Numbered from the stretch's first letter, positions 16,654-26,092 are shown. The stretch is 32,000 nt of DNA from Candidatus Brocadia sp. (GCA_021650915.1 CP091279.1:750001-782000); one strand, 5' to 3'. Notes: generated from the sequence alone by a model not told the origin. Program-made: numbers and translations.

Positions 16654-18114
16654 TTATGTAGAAACCGTTTCCATTATGGGTTTCGAAACCGTTACCGCAC
16701 TTGATTTATAGCAATCCTTATAGTAGTCGCCAGAATCATATAACTCTTTCAAATTTAGCAACACCTGTTCAAACACTTGTTTCCAATCGGAACCCACCCT
16801 GAAAGCAAACATGGAATTCCGGGGATTTTTCGTTGTCTTAATAGAATTCCTGAAGCGCGTCCGTAAGTTATCACCTGCATAAACATGATCATATACATAT
16901 TGCATACCCTCGATAAAATCTTCTAACGTCATGTCAACGAGGCGGTGAACAACATGAGCCGTGTCATAATATTGCCAGTCCTCAGGATAATTCTTTCTGA
17001 AAATCCTCTTTTCTGAATCCAGTCTTGAATAAAGCTGTGTTTTTGGGAATGGGCAGTTGATTCCAAAGGTAAGGATATCAATATTATTTTCCAGGATAAA
17101 CTCGGTCATTCTCTTAAAGGAATCTTTATCGTCTCCGTCCGCACCAAACACTACGGAACCCCATACGACTAAGCCTGCGTTATGTATTTTTTGGATGCAA
17201 TCAAAATAACTATCTGTGCCTAATTTAAGATTTACCCGCTTATTCATCTTCTCCAAAACCGCCTCATTGGTAGATTCAATACCGATAAGCATGCCAAAGT
17301 TACCGCTCTTGGCCATATAGTCTAAAGTCTCAGCATCCTGGGAAATATTTAAGGCCGTGAATCCCAACCAGTCTTTGTGTATGCCACGGTCTACCATTCC
17401 TTTAAAAAGATCCCGCGCCCTCTCATTTGACTTTTTACCGTGCCCATAGAAGTTATCCTCTGCAAGCATTAAACCCTTATAATCTGTTGCGGCCATCTCA
17501 TCGAGAACATCTTCATAAGGTCTTTCCCTGAACTTTCTGCCCTGGAAAGTGGGCACACTACAGAAATCACAGTAGTTCGGACATCCTTTTGTTGTCACGA
17601 TAGAGGAAAACTTATAGTTATATTTTTTCTTCATAAGCTCCCGGTTTGGATATACCTTTTTCATCAGGCTGAGAGGCGGTAATCCTCCCTCATAAATCTT
17701 TTTCAGCTTTCCTGCTTCAAAATCTTTTATTACCTGAGGCCACACTTCTTCTGCTTCGCCGACAAAGACGGAGTCAACATAATTTGCTGCTTCTTCTGGC
17801 ATTACCGACGCATGTATCCCACCCATGATTACCGTCATGCCTTTCTTCCTGCAAGCCTCAGCAATTTTATAAGCACGAGGAGATTGGTAGGTAACTGCGG
17901 TAATACATACAAGATCAACAGGCTTAAAGGTAAGTTCTCCGTTATCATCAATTGCCAATTCCAGATTCTCATCAATAACATCAAAATCCCAATCGCCTGG
18001 TGTAAGCGCAGCAACATAAGCAAGATTCAGCGGCATTTGAACGATTACGGTAATACTCTCTTCACCATGCCTACCCGGTTTGTGTGGGTTAATCAACATC
18101 ATTTTTCTCTTCAT
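16654..18114 (-). CDS. B12-binding (class B) radical SAM enzyme
   Basis: Radical SAM cluster motif CxxxCxxC in 'TKGCPNYCDFCSV'. The N-terminal cobalamin-binding-type domain runs about 140 aa ('VCITAVTYQSPRAYKIAEACRKKGMTVIMGGIHAS'). GGAGGT lies 6 nt before the ATG, inside the upstream gene end. Confidence 0.88.
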   Translation of the reverse strand: MKRKMMLINPHKPGRHGEESITVIVQMPLNLAYVAALTPGDWDFDVIDENLELAIDDNGELTFKPVDLVCITAVTYQSPRAYKIAEACRKKGMTVIMGGIHASVMPEEAANYVDSVFVGEAEEVWPQVIKDFEAGKLKKIYEGGLPPLSLMKKVYPNRELMKKKYNYKFSSIVTTKGCPNYCDFCSVPTFQGRKFRERPYEDVLDEMAATDYKGLMLAEDNFYGHGKKSNERARDLFKGMVDRGIHKDWLGFTALNISQDAETLDYMAKSGNFGMLIGIESTNEAVLEKMNKRVNLKLGTDSYFDCIQKIHNAGLVVWGSVVFGADGDDKDSFKRMTEFILENNIDILTFGINCPFPKTQLYSRLDSEKRIFRKNYPEDWQYYDTAHVVHRLVDMTLEDFIEGMQYVYDHVYAGDNLRTRFRNSIKTTKNPRNSMFAFRVGSDWKQVFEQVLLNLKELYDSGDYYKDCYKSSAVTVSKPIMETVST

Positions 18115-18118
18115 AAAT

Positions 18119-19579
18119 TTACCTCCACTTCTCCTTCTCCATAATTAAATTAGCTACACCCCATCCAGAAGACACAACCGCACAAATTCCAGGACCAGGC
18201 CTCGTCCAATGACCGGTTAAATACAGATTTTCAACCGGTGTCTGAGGGGACAGTCTGTTCTCTCCTATTTGATCCACAGTAACCTCCCAGCCATAAGCGG
18301 CTCCATCGGTATTTAATGTGTATCGCTCCAAAGTTTTTGGGGTAGCTGCTTCGATTACTTCAATATAATTTTTTATATCAGGAACATATTTCTCTATCCG
18401 GCCTATTGTGTCCGCAGTCATGTTTTCTTTAAAAGATTTCCAATTTATAACATGTCTGTACTTCTCCTTCTCAAGATACACTACCACAGAAATTATTTGT
18501 TTGTCTGGCGGGGCAAGTGTTGGGCATATCATTGTTGGAATTGAAACGTACAACCACACCGTATCTTTGTAACTTGCATCAGAAGCAGTATGATAAAATC
18601 CTCTTTTTAATTCACGTAAATCTGCGCCTTTACCAATACCTAAATATAAAAGAAAAAAGGAGCAACTTTCCCTCATCTCTTCAATATTTTTAAGAAACGC
18701 GGTGTCTAATTTTCCGTCCAACAATTCAAAAAAAGTCTTTCGGGCATCGATATTTGAAATAACGAGATTTGAGGATAGTTCTTTCCCTTCCTGCAACTTG
18801 ACACCAACCGCAGCGTTGTTGGTGCGTATGATTTTTTCGGCTTTGCATGATAGCATAACATGCCCGCCTAAATCAATAAATTTCTTAAAAAAGGCATTAG
18901 CAAACTCTTGCGTACCTCCTGCAGGAAAAAAAGCGCCATCTTTGAGATAGTTGATCATCATTTGACACATACCGATAGCAGAAGCTTTAGTAGGGGGGAG
19001 ACCTATGTAGCCCCATTGGCCGGAAAGTATCATCTTGAGCTCGTCATTATGGAGAAAAGCATTGAGCATCGCACCATACGTCTGGTCTCTGTATTTATCA
19101 AGAATTTGGCTTTTTTCGTTATTAAAGGTAGCGCGGTAGAGTTTTAGAAAATCCTGAAAGAAATGCTTGATACCATCCTTTTCCAATGGGTAACGATCTT
19201 GCAACCGCGCGATGTATTCGTCCAAATCGGCCGGGATTTCAATGGTAAAGTTGGGAAAAATCAAATGGTCCATGGGATCGAGAAGATGAAAATCCATCTC
19301 TATCCCCAAGGTTTTCAGACAACGCCCCACAATCCCCCATTTCCCACAGCCCCCAATATGATGAACTGCCGCATCAAAATTGAAACCTTTTCTTTTAAAG
19401 GAGGTACAATAACCGCCAGGAATGGAATGGTGTTCAATGATAAGCACCTTTTTCCCGGCCTTGGCAAGAACTGTGCCGCAAACCAAGCCAGCAACGCCTG
19501 CACCAATTACAATCGCATCATAATGAGGATACAATGCATCCTTTTTTGTAGATTGAATGCATCGGCTGGAAGGTGTCAT
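18119..19579 (-). CDS. FAD-dependent oxidoreductase of the phytoene desaturase (CrtI/CrtD, COG1233-like) family
   Basis: Dinucleotide fold 'YDAIVIGAGVAGLVCGTVLAKAGKKVLIIE' followed by 'GGYCTSF'. C-terminal 'LYLTGHWTRPGPGI' block. The start lies 3 nt after the upstream stop. Confidence 0.85.
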   Translation of the reverse strand: MTPSSRCIQSTKKDALYPHYDAIVIGAGVAGLVCGTVLAKAGKKVLIIEHHSIPGGYCTSFKRKGFNFDAAVHHIGGCGKWGIVGRCLKTLGIEMDFHLLDPMDHLIFPNFTIEIPADLDEYIARLQDRYPLEKDGIKHFFQDFLKLYRATFNNEKSQILDKYRDQTYGAMLNAFLHNDELKMILSGQWGYIGLPPTKASAIGMCQMMINYLKDGAFFPAGGTQEFANAFFKKFIDLGGHVMLSCKAEKIIRTNNAAVGVKLQEGKELSSNLVISNIDARKTFFELLDGKLDTAFLKNIEEMRESCSFFLLYLGIGKGADLRELKRGFYHTASDASYKDTVWLYVSIPTMICPTLAPPDKQIISVVVYLEKEKYRHVINWKSFKENMTADTIGRIEKYVPDIKNYIEVIEAATPKTLERYTLNTDGAAYGWEVTVDQIGENRLSPQTPVENLYLTGHWTRPGPGICAVVSSGWGVANLIMEKEKWR

Positions 19580-19582
19580 GAA

Positions 19583-20824
19583 TTACGGTTTGTATTTGGA
19601 GATAATTAAAGACGAATTGTTTCCCAATCGCGAGAAGGTGTTGATAAGGACATTTTTGACGGGTAATACCCTTGCGGTATTGGCTACATAATCTAAATCA
19701 CAGTCGGGGTCCCGTTCCTTATAGTTAATGGTGGGAGGCACGGTGTGAGCGTTGATAGACATTACAGCGGCTATTGTTTGCAATGCCCCGGATGCGTCAT
19801 AGCATTCTCCTGTCATAGATTTAATAGCACTTACAGGAATAAGCTGTGCGCGCATACCAAAAACTTCTTTCATAACCTGGGTTTCCATTGCGTCGCCGTA
19901 GATACCAGAATAAGCATTTGCTGATATGTAAGAAATGTCATTCAGCGTCAGGTTTGCATCCTGAATGGCGCTCATGATGGCTCTTTTGTTGCCGTCTATT
20001 TGATAGTCCTTACTAATAGCCATTTTCGGGTCAAACGCAGTCCCATATCCCTTTATTTCTGCATAAATAGGCGCATTCCGTTTCAAGGCATCCTCAAGAG
20101 TTTCCAGAATAACCAGGGCAGAAGCCTCGCCAATAACCATTCCATTGCGTCTTTTGTCAAAGGGCGCAGAGATTTCCTCATTTCCTTCCCTACTCCCCGA
20201 TAATATCCGTGAATTGTGAGCTCCCCAAAAGATGTCGTGCGTTAATCCATGCACGCCACCGGCAATTACGGCCTTTACCCGACCCATCCGAAGAAAATCT
20301 GAGGCATAAATAATTGCATCAACGCTGCTGGTTACCCCATTCGATATGGTGGTATTCAACCCCGTGGCCTTACAAAAGATAGAGGCGCGGCTGGCAGGTG
20401 CATTCAATACCGTATTCGGAAAATCCATAGGATTAACATAATTAGGACCTTCACGCAAGGATTGAAAATCGAAAGAGCTAATGCTATCAATACTTCCATA
20501 CGTCGAACCAACAACGATTCCCAGTTCATCGCCGTTGTATGTATTATTTTCTAAGTTAGCATCCTTTATGGCAAGGACGGTGGCAGAAGACACGAGCAGG
20601 GAGGTTCTGTCGATATGACGTATTCCCTTTTGCCCCAAGTATACCTTTGCGTCAAAATCAGAAATTTCGCCCGCCTGTTTGCTTTTAAATTTACTTACAT
20701 CAAATAAGGTGATGGGTTTAATGCCTGATACACCATTGGCTAAATTTTTCCAAAAAATCTCTTTTTGATTTCCAATCGGTGAGATAACAGAAACACCGGT
20801 AATAACGATCCTTGTTTTTTCCAT
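19583..20824 (-). CDS. Ketosynthase paralogue lacking the Cys-His-His triad (chain-length-factor-like)
   Basis: Full-length thiolase-fold alignment to the adjacent FabF. TACAAG is replaced by NGVTSS (Cys to Val), AHGTGT by ANAYSG (His to Asn), and GHTMGA by GECYDA (His to Glu). ATG 20824 has AGAGG 6 nt upstream; the track starts at GTG 20827. Confidence 0.85.
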   Translation of the reverse strand: MEKTRIVITGVSVISPIGNQKEIFWKNLANGVSGIKPITLFDVSKFKSKQAGEISDFDAKVYLGQKGIRHIDRTSLLVSSATVLAIKDANLENNTYNGDELGIVVGSTYGSIDSISSFDFQSLREGPNYVNPMDFPNTVLNAPASRASIFCKATGLNTTISNGVTSSVDAIIYASDFLRMGRVKAVIAGGVHGLTHDIFWGAHNSRILSGSREGNEEISAPFDKRRNGMVIGEASALVILETLEDALKRNAPIYAEIKGYGTAFDPKMAISKDYQIDGNKRAIMSAIQDANLTLNDISYISANAYSGIYGDAMETQVMKEVFGMRAQLIPVSAIKSMTGECYDASGALQTIAAVMSINAHTVPPTINYKERDPDCDLDYVANTARVLPVKNVLINTFSRLGNNSSLIISKYKP

Positions 20825-20875
20825 CACGAACCTCTGTTTATCGATACGTATACAGCTCCGAGAAACTGCCTGATT

Positions 20876-22108
20876 TCAAGTCTTGCCAGTAAATTTTTTA
20901 ACCACCAAACAACTATTGTTACCACCAAATGCATGGGCATTGTTCAGTGCAATGGTAACCTTCTGCTTTCTTGCAATATTAGGCACATAATCCAAATCAC
21001 ACTCCGGATCAGGTGTTTCATAATTGATCGTAGGAGGTATGATGTCGTTTTGAACAACCAGGGCGCAGGTAATAGCTTCTATAGCACTGGCCGCACCCAT
21101 CGTATGACCCATCATCGATTTTATCGAACTAATCGCGAGATGCTCAGGTTTATTCCCAAAGACCTTTTTAATAGAGATCGTTTCTGCTTTATCATTAGCA
21201 GGGGTTCCCGTACCGTGTGCACTCACATATTGGACATCTCCGGGCTGAAGATGTGCGCTTTTTAGGGCCTTTTTCATAGCGGAAACAACACCTTCCCCAT
21301 CTGGGTGAGGGATGGTAATGTGATATGCGTCACAGCTAAGGCCGTAACCAATAATTTCCGCATAAATATTGGCATTTCTCTGTATCGCATGATCAAGCGA
21401 TTCTAAAAGAAGCATGCCAGCGCCCTCGCCAACCATCATTCCCTTCCGATTTTTATCAAATGGCTGGCATATTTCAGGTGCAATGGCGCCTAATCTCGCA
21501 AATCCTGTGTAAGCAACTTTTGAAAAAGGATCGGAACCTCCGGCGACCATCAGATCCACCCGGCCAAATTTAATCAAATCATATGCATACCCAATTGCAT
21601 AATTGCCGGCAGCACAAGCAGTAGGAATAATCGTGTTTGGTCCCTTAAATCCAAACTCAATTGCAACATTTGCTGGAATATTATTACAGGGGTGCATCAA
21701 AAAGAGATCGGGGTCTACCTTGTCCTCTCCGTCTTTGTGTCTGATATAATTGACTTTTTCCAGAATCTGTATTTCTCCTGCCGTCGTCCCAACAGACACG
21801 CCAATTCTTTCCAAAGCAGTCTTACCTAAATCAAGCCCGGCGTCATCCAAAGCAAGTCGCGTAGCTGCGATCGCAAACTGAGAACCCTTACCAATTTTCT
21901 TGAGAACGCCATTCTTAATATAATCAGAATACTTGAAGTTTTTCACCTCACATCCCTTGTGAACCTTATATTCTGAAGTGTCAATACACGATACATCATC
22001 TACTCCAGAAGCACCCGCAATAAGGTTACTCCAAAATCCTTCCTTTCCCGATCCAATGGGAGTAATCATTCCTACACCAGTAATAACAACACGTTTATTC
22101 ATAAGCAA
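20876..22108 (-). CDS. fabF: 3-oxoacyl-ACP synthase II-type ketosynthase (intact active site)
   Basis: Active-site Cys '[14 protein letters not shown]'. His motifs '[15 protein letters not shown]' and '[13 protein letters not shown]'. The start is TTG 22108 or ATG 22102. Confidence 0.9.
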
Positions 22109-22119
22109 TTATACTATGA

Positions 22120-22575
22120 TCAATCAGATATTAATGCGTTCTTGTCTGCAATTCCAAAAGTCAAAGTTGCTTTAGCAACCGACTTATCTCCGACTTTTAC
22201 CATTGCCTGAACAATGGCCCCTTTGGATACAATCTTTTCTACCAAAATCTCTATAACGAGTTGATCGCCTGGAAAAACGGGTTTTGTAAATCTGGCATTG
22301 TTCACTGAAGCTAATAAAAAAACCGAATCCCCAGTGATTTGTGTGGAAAGACTTTTCCTGAAAAGGATAATGGAGGCTTGAGCCATCGCCTCTATAATCA
22401 ATACACCAGGCATGATCGCAAAGTCGGGGAAATGTCCAACAAAGACAGGTTCATTGCCGGAGACATTCTTTACACAAACAATCCTTTTCCCTTCTTCAAA
22501 CTCAACAGCTTTATCGATGAACAAAAATGGATATTTTTGAGGAAGAAGAGACCGTATTTCCTCAAAAAAAATCAT
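22120..22575 (-). CDS. fabZ: 3-hydroxyacyl-ACP dehydratase
   Basis: 'LPQKYPFLFIDKA' and 'GHFPDFAIMPGVLIIEAMAQ' (catalytic His and Glu). 151 aa. Confidence 0.9.
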   Translation of the reverse strand: MIFFEEIRSLLPQKYPFLFIDKAVEFEEGKRIVCVKNVSGNEPVFVGHFPDFAIMPGVLIIEAMAQASIILFRKSLSTQITGDSVFLLASVNNARFTKPVFPGDQLVIEILVEKIVSKGAIVQAMVKVGDKSVAKATLTFGIADKNALISD

Positions 22576-22647
22576 TTCCTATAACCCATCTTCTTATTAA
22601 TCAGTAAAATATACACGTTAATTACGTAGCTCTTTGTCTTGAATGAT

Positions 22648-22917
22648 TTACGAAGAAAGTTTTCCACTTTCCGCCAGAACAGATTTTGTTAAATCAATGG
22701 TTGCGCTTAAACACGTAATGTCAACCAGTTTTTCTTCAGGAATTTGCACCTTAAATTTTTTTTCAATAAGCGCCAGGATTTCAAGGGCTAAAAGGGAGTC
22801 TATTTCAAGATCTTTAAAGAAGTTTGCATCTCTTTTATCCCAAATTTCTTTTTCGTCCAATTCTGTGACCTCTGCAACTATCGCAGTTACACCTTTCTCA
22901 ATTTCTTCTGCGTTCAA
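22648..22917 (-). CDS. acpP: Acyl carrier protein (dedicated)
   Basis: Phosphopantetheine attachment motif 'LEIDSLLALEI'. 89 aa. TTG start 22917 has AAGGAGGAG 8 nt upstream. Confidence 0.88.
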   Translation of the reverse strand: MNAEEIEKGVTAIVAEVTELDEKEIWDKRDANFFKDLEIDSLLALEILALIEKKFKVQIPEEKLVDITCLSATIDLTKSVLAESGKLSS

Positions 22918-23000
22918 AATTATTCTCCTCCTTCTTCAGTTGATAAACGGCATTGACACAATAACCAGCATCTTTACTTATTACGTAAACGTAGCGGAGC

Positions 23001-23029
23001 ATATTAGCAGACGGAATTTATAATGTCAA
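23001..23029 (-). promoter_or_regulatory. Predicted sigma70-type promoter of the ACP-to-radical-SAM operon
   Basis: On the minus strand: TTGACA (23029-23024), 17 nt, TAATAT (23006-23001), about 84 nt upstream of the ACP start. Confidence 0.4.
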
Positions 23030-23160
23030 TAATATTCTCTGCGTTAACCAATGCACAAGGGTAAAATGCAAGAATCTAACTTTATCAAAAACCAAAAAAT
23101 CATCTTTTTGTAATGTCTGATAATATATATTATGTTACAAAATAGCAGTTTTTCTTGATA

Positions 23161-23772
23161 CTACCTTAGCCCTTTTAACGACTTCTTTTCATAACGTAAT
23201 TCCCTTCGTCTGTATTTATCCAACTCTTTCAATGCCTTATATACCTGCATCTCTAGCATCGTTTCATATTTAGATAATTCCATACTTCCGTTTTTATTTT
23301 CCATCATCTTCATGGCCTTCAACTGTGAAAGCTCCTTATTTGTCCTCTTTCGCGTCCTCAGAAATCCTTGCTCATATTCCTGGATACAAGAGGTATTGTA
23401 TTCTATTATCTGGCTTTCTATTTTCAAACATCGTTTTAACCGCCAAATACTTGAAATTATGCGATCGACAATAAGCAATTCTATTGCATTAGATGGTTTC
23501 AATTCATTCACAAGCTTATTTCTTAACTCATCAAGGTCGGAACTTTTTTCCCCCTCTAGCAATATTTCACGACTAAATATATATTGGCTTGCATCATTCT
23601 CTCCTGGTTTCATTGACTCTGAGGATATATTATTTTTCATAGCCTCCGTCTTTAAAGGGCTTAATGTTCCGCTTGATTCAACAATGGTACTCATTATCCT
23701 ATCTACTTTTTCTTTAGCAGAAATCTCTTTACTTTTTCCGTGTAAAACATCCTCTTTTAAAATCGTTGACAT
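23161..23772 (-). CDS. Hypothetical protein (203 aa from ATG 23772; ORF open to TTG 23853)
   Basis: Long AT-rich ORF with no motif I recognise. GAGGGAG lies 6 nt before ATG 23772, and there is no SD at 23853. The C-terminal half is predicted helical ('ELLIVDRIISSIWRLKRCLKIESQ'). Confidence 0.5.
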   Translation of the reverse strand: MSTILKEDVLHGKSKEISAKEKVDRIMSTIVESSGTLSPLKTEAMKNNISSESMKPGENDASQYIFSREILLEGEKSSDLDELRNKLVNELKPSNAIELLIVDRIISSIWRLKRCLKIESQIIEYNTSCIQEYEQGFLRTRKRTNKELSQLKAMKMMENKNGSMELSKYETMLEMQVYKALKELDKYRRRELRYEKKSLKGLR

Positions 23773-24088
23773 TATCTTCTCCCTCTTAATAATATCAGTA
23801 TAATATCTTGCTAAAACATCACATACTATCTCATAATCAATGAAACTATTCAATAAAATATTTTAACATTTATGGATTTCGTCTCTTATCGTCATAAAAG
23901 ATGCTATACTGGGTGGGATCGGCAAATCAATCTATAATTACTACGAAAAAGAGTGACAAAAAATGGTGTGCCGCGTGGAATAAATGTGACACCACGGTGG
24001 TTTATGTTTACAAGCTTTAAAACGAATTGATACAAAAGATTCGATTTGTGAAGGGTTTGGTGCAGACGGGTCTCTGTTTGGCAAAACT

Positions 24089-24757
24089 TTATAACGCCGT
24101 TTTAGGATTGCCAAAAATATACTCTGTCTGTTCAGGTGGAATTGCACTACCAAGATCTGCAAGAAATTCATTGGCCAATTGTAAAGCACTCGCGATGCTA
24201 TCTTCTCTTGTAGGAATAGAAAGTCTGACCATTAAACCATTCCTCTTTTTGTTAATCAATGAGAACCATAACTGTTTTATTTTTTGTCCTGTCCAATCAA
24301 CAATATTTTTGTCAATACACATCCAATAAATCATCAAAAAACCCTCCGCATCCTTTTCAACGTACAGGCAGTATGCTCGAAGATCGCGATTTAAAACATG
24401 GAATTCGCTGTCATTTAATTCTGTCACTTTAAAGCCAGAGCTACTAGAACACACCTTTGGGTTGTGAAAATTGCCAGCATCCAGTATTAGCAAAAAAAGA
24501 CTATCGCCATCCTTGTTTATATACTCTCTATCCAATGTCTGGCTAATAAAAGCGTACTTTTCATCGTCGCTATTCCAATCTTGCTCAGCTTCAGTATCCG
24601 TTCCTAGCCATCCAGTAAATTCCAGTGGTATTTTGAGCTGAGAGATAATATTCTGACTTTCATATTTAGCCTTTGGAAAGGTAAAGCAATAAATGCTGGT
24701 AAATAGCAATATTGCAATCGTAATCCACCCCTTCTTGTTAATACTCATCGTGCACAT
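24089..24757 (-). CDS. epsI: Exosortase-associated EpsI-family protein
   Basis: N-terminal membrane anchor, then 'IPLEFTGWLGTD', 'LDREYINKDGDSLFLLI' and 'FHNPKVCSSSSGFKV' (the family H-x-P-x-x-C-x-x-x-x-G block). An alternative ATG at 24748 forms an ATGA overlap with the exosortase stop. Confidence 0.75.
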   Translation of the reverse strand: MCTMSINKKGWITIAILLFTSIYCFTFPKAKYESQNIISQLKIPLEFTGWLGTDTEAEQDWNSDDEKYAFISQTLDREYINKDGDSLFLLILDAGNFHNPKVCSSSSGFKVTELNDSEFHVLNRDLRAYCLYVEKDAEGFLMIYWMCIDKNIVDWTGQKIKQLWFSLINKKRNGLMVRLSIPTREDSIASALQLANEFLADLGSAIPPEQTEYIFGNPKTAL

Positions 24758-25560
24758 CTTTCTAGCATGAACTCTAATCCAATTAATCCCGACACAATAA
24801 AAACAAATATTACAATTCCGCTAAAACTATGAAAAAAACCCTGGCCGGTTTCTTCACCAAAATAATAGGTAATAAGGCATAATGCTATAATACGAATAAG
24901 ATTGCCTAGGACTGCAAAAGGAACTATGGAAGAAACGAGAATAGTTTTTCTGAATAAACTGCTCCTGCTTAGGTATACATAAACCAGAGACAAAGAAAAC
25001 ATCGTAATTATAGAACGAAAACCGCTACAGGGTTGTCCCATAAATAATTCGCTCTCTCCGATCGTTAATAAAAGTCCTTCTCTTGATATAGGAAAATGAA
25101 AAAATCCGAGAATTATTTCGGTCATCACGGAAAGGCCGTATCGCATTGGAAGTGTGAGATCATCCACAATTCCGATGGGAATGGGCACCAAAAGCAACAG
25201 ATATAAAAGAGGAAATAATACAATCCTTGTTGCCTGAAATCCGTAAAGATAGGTTGTCAGCCCTAATAAAACAGGGAGTAAAGAAAGTGTCGTTATAAAT
25301 GAATACTGCTGACGCCAGCCAAAAATAAACAATAGAATTCCAACAAGAAAGCCAAAAAATCCCATGAGATTGTGGTCAAGTCTAGATTTTTGAATTGCCT
25401 CCTTTAAGGTTGTTCGTTTCCTCCAGATAAGCCAAAAGAACACAGGCAAGATAAAATAGGCATGCGTATAATCGAAAGCCTTCCATTCAGAACGATAAAG
25501 GTTAAAAAAAAGCGGTGTATATAAGATAACTATCATCGCCCAAATTATATAATTAATCAT
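24745..25560 (-). CDS. Exosortase (polytopic membrane transpeptidase-like protein)
   Basis: 'WKAFDYTHAYFILPVFFWLIW' N-terminal signature. Catalytic Cys 'MGQPCSGFRSIITMFSL'. 'LPMRYG' Arg. 'FHSFSGIVIF' His. About 8 predicted TM helices. Confidence 0.85.
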   Translation of the reverse strand: MINYIIWAMIVILYTPLFFNLYRSEWKAFDYTHAYFILPVFFWLIWRKRTTLKEAIQKSRLDHNLMGFFGFLVGILLFIFGWRQQYSFITTLSLLPVLLGLTTYLYGFQATRIVLFPLLYLLLLVPIPIGIVDDLTLPMRYGLSVMTEIILGFFHFPISREGLLLTIGESELFMGQPCSGFRSIITMFSLSLVYVYLSRSSLFRKTILVSSIVPFAVLGNLIRIIALCLITYYFGEETGQGFFHSFSGIVIFVFIVSGLIGLEFMLERCAR

Positions 25561-25778
25561 GCTATGGCTCGGGATTTAAGTATAGTAAACGAAATAATTG
25601 TTCGATTATCGGCGAGGTAATTGAGATTTTCCATGCAGAAATCTGAAATGATAAAATTTTGATACCACTAAAATAGTTTGCAGAGAGGTGAACCGGCCTG
25701 CATCTTCGCTGCGATCAAGGACGTTCGTTATTCGCAAACCGCAAGCATTCGTTCATGGTTTCTCCTTTGCATCCACTA

Positions 25779-25814
25779 TCGCTACCCTTCTCTATGTTAT
25801 AGGAAGGGTAGCGA
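25779..25814 (-). other. Conserved 3' stem-loop after PEP-CTERM gene 1
   Basis: TCGCTACCCTTC-12 nt-GAAGGGTAGCGA, 33 nt after the stop. It is homologous to 26503-26541, with compensatory changes between the copies. Confidence 0.5.
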
Positions 25815-25846
25815 GATTTTACCAAATATAATTAATACTAACTATT

Positions 25847-26092
25847 TTATGAAACCCCTTCTTTGTCTTCATGGTGCTGACAAACTGCTTCCTTTGATTT
25901 CCACTTCCTCCGTAAATATCGTAAACCAACGAATGCACCACCTCCAGCCGCAAAAAGAACACTACTTATAGGTTCTGGTACAGGCTTAGGCGGTTTTTTC
26001 TTTCCTTTAGCGTCCGCAGAGTTGACAACTATCGTTGTGGTTAACACCAGGGCAAATAAACATCCTCCAAATTTCATGAATCTTTTTTTCAT
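25847..26092 (-). CDS. Minimal PEP-CTERM protein 1 (81 aa)
   Basis: Signal peptide 'MKKRFMKFGGCLFALVLTTTIVVNSADA', then 10 Lys/Pro-rich residues. PEP-CTERM domain 'VPEPISSVLFAAGGGAFVGLRYLRRKWKSK', plus a 14-aa tail. GGAGGAGG SD. Next to the exosortase/EpsI genes. Confidence 0.7.
   Translation of the reverse strand: MKKRFMKFGGCLFALVLTTTIVVNSADAKGKKKPPKPVPEPISSVLFAAGGGAFVGLRYLRRKWKSKEAVCQHHEDKEGVS

Noticed and set aside
23312-24329. ORFs 23312-23803 +, 23941-24189 - and 24027-24329 +
   Set aside because: They overlap the hypothetical gene and the EpsI gene in AT-rich DNA, and they have no start context or motifs.
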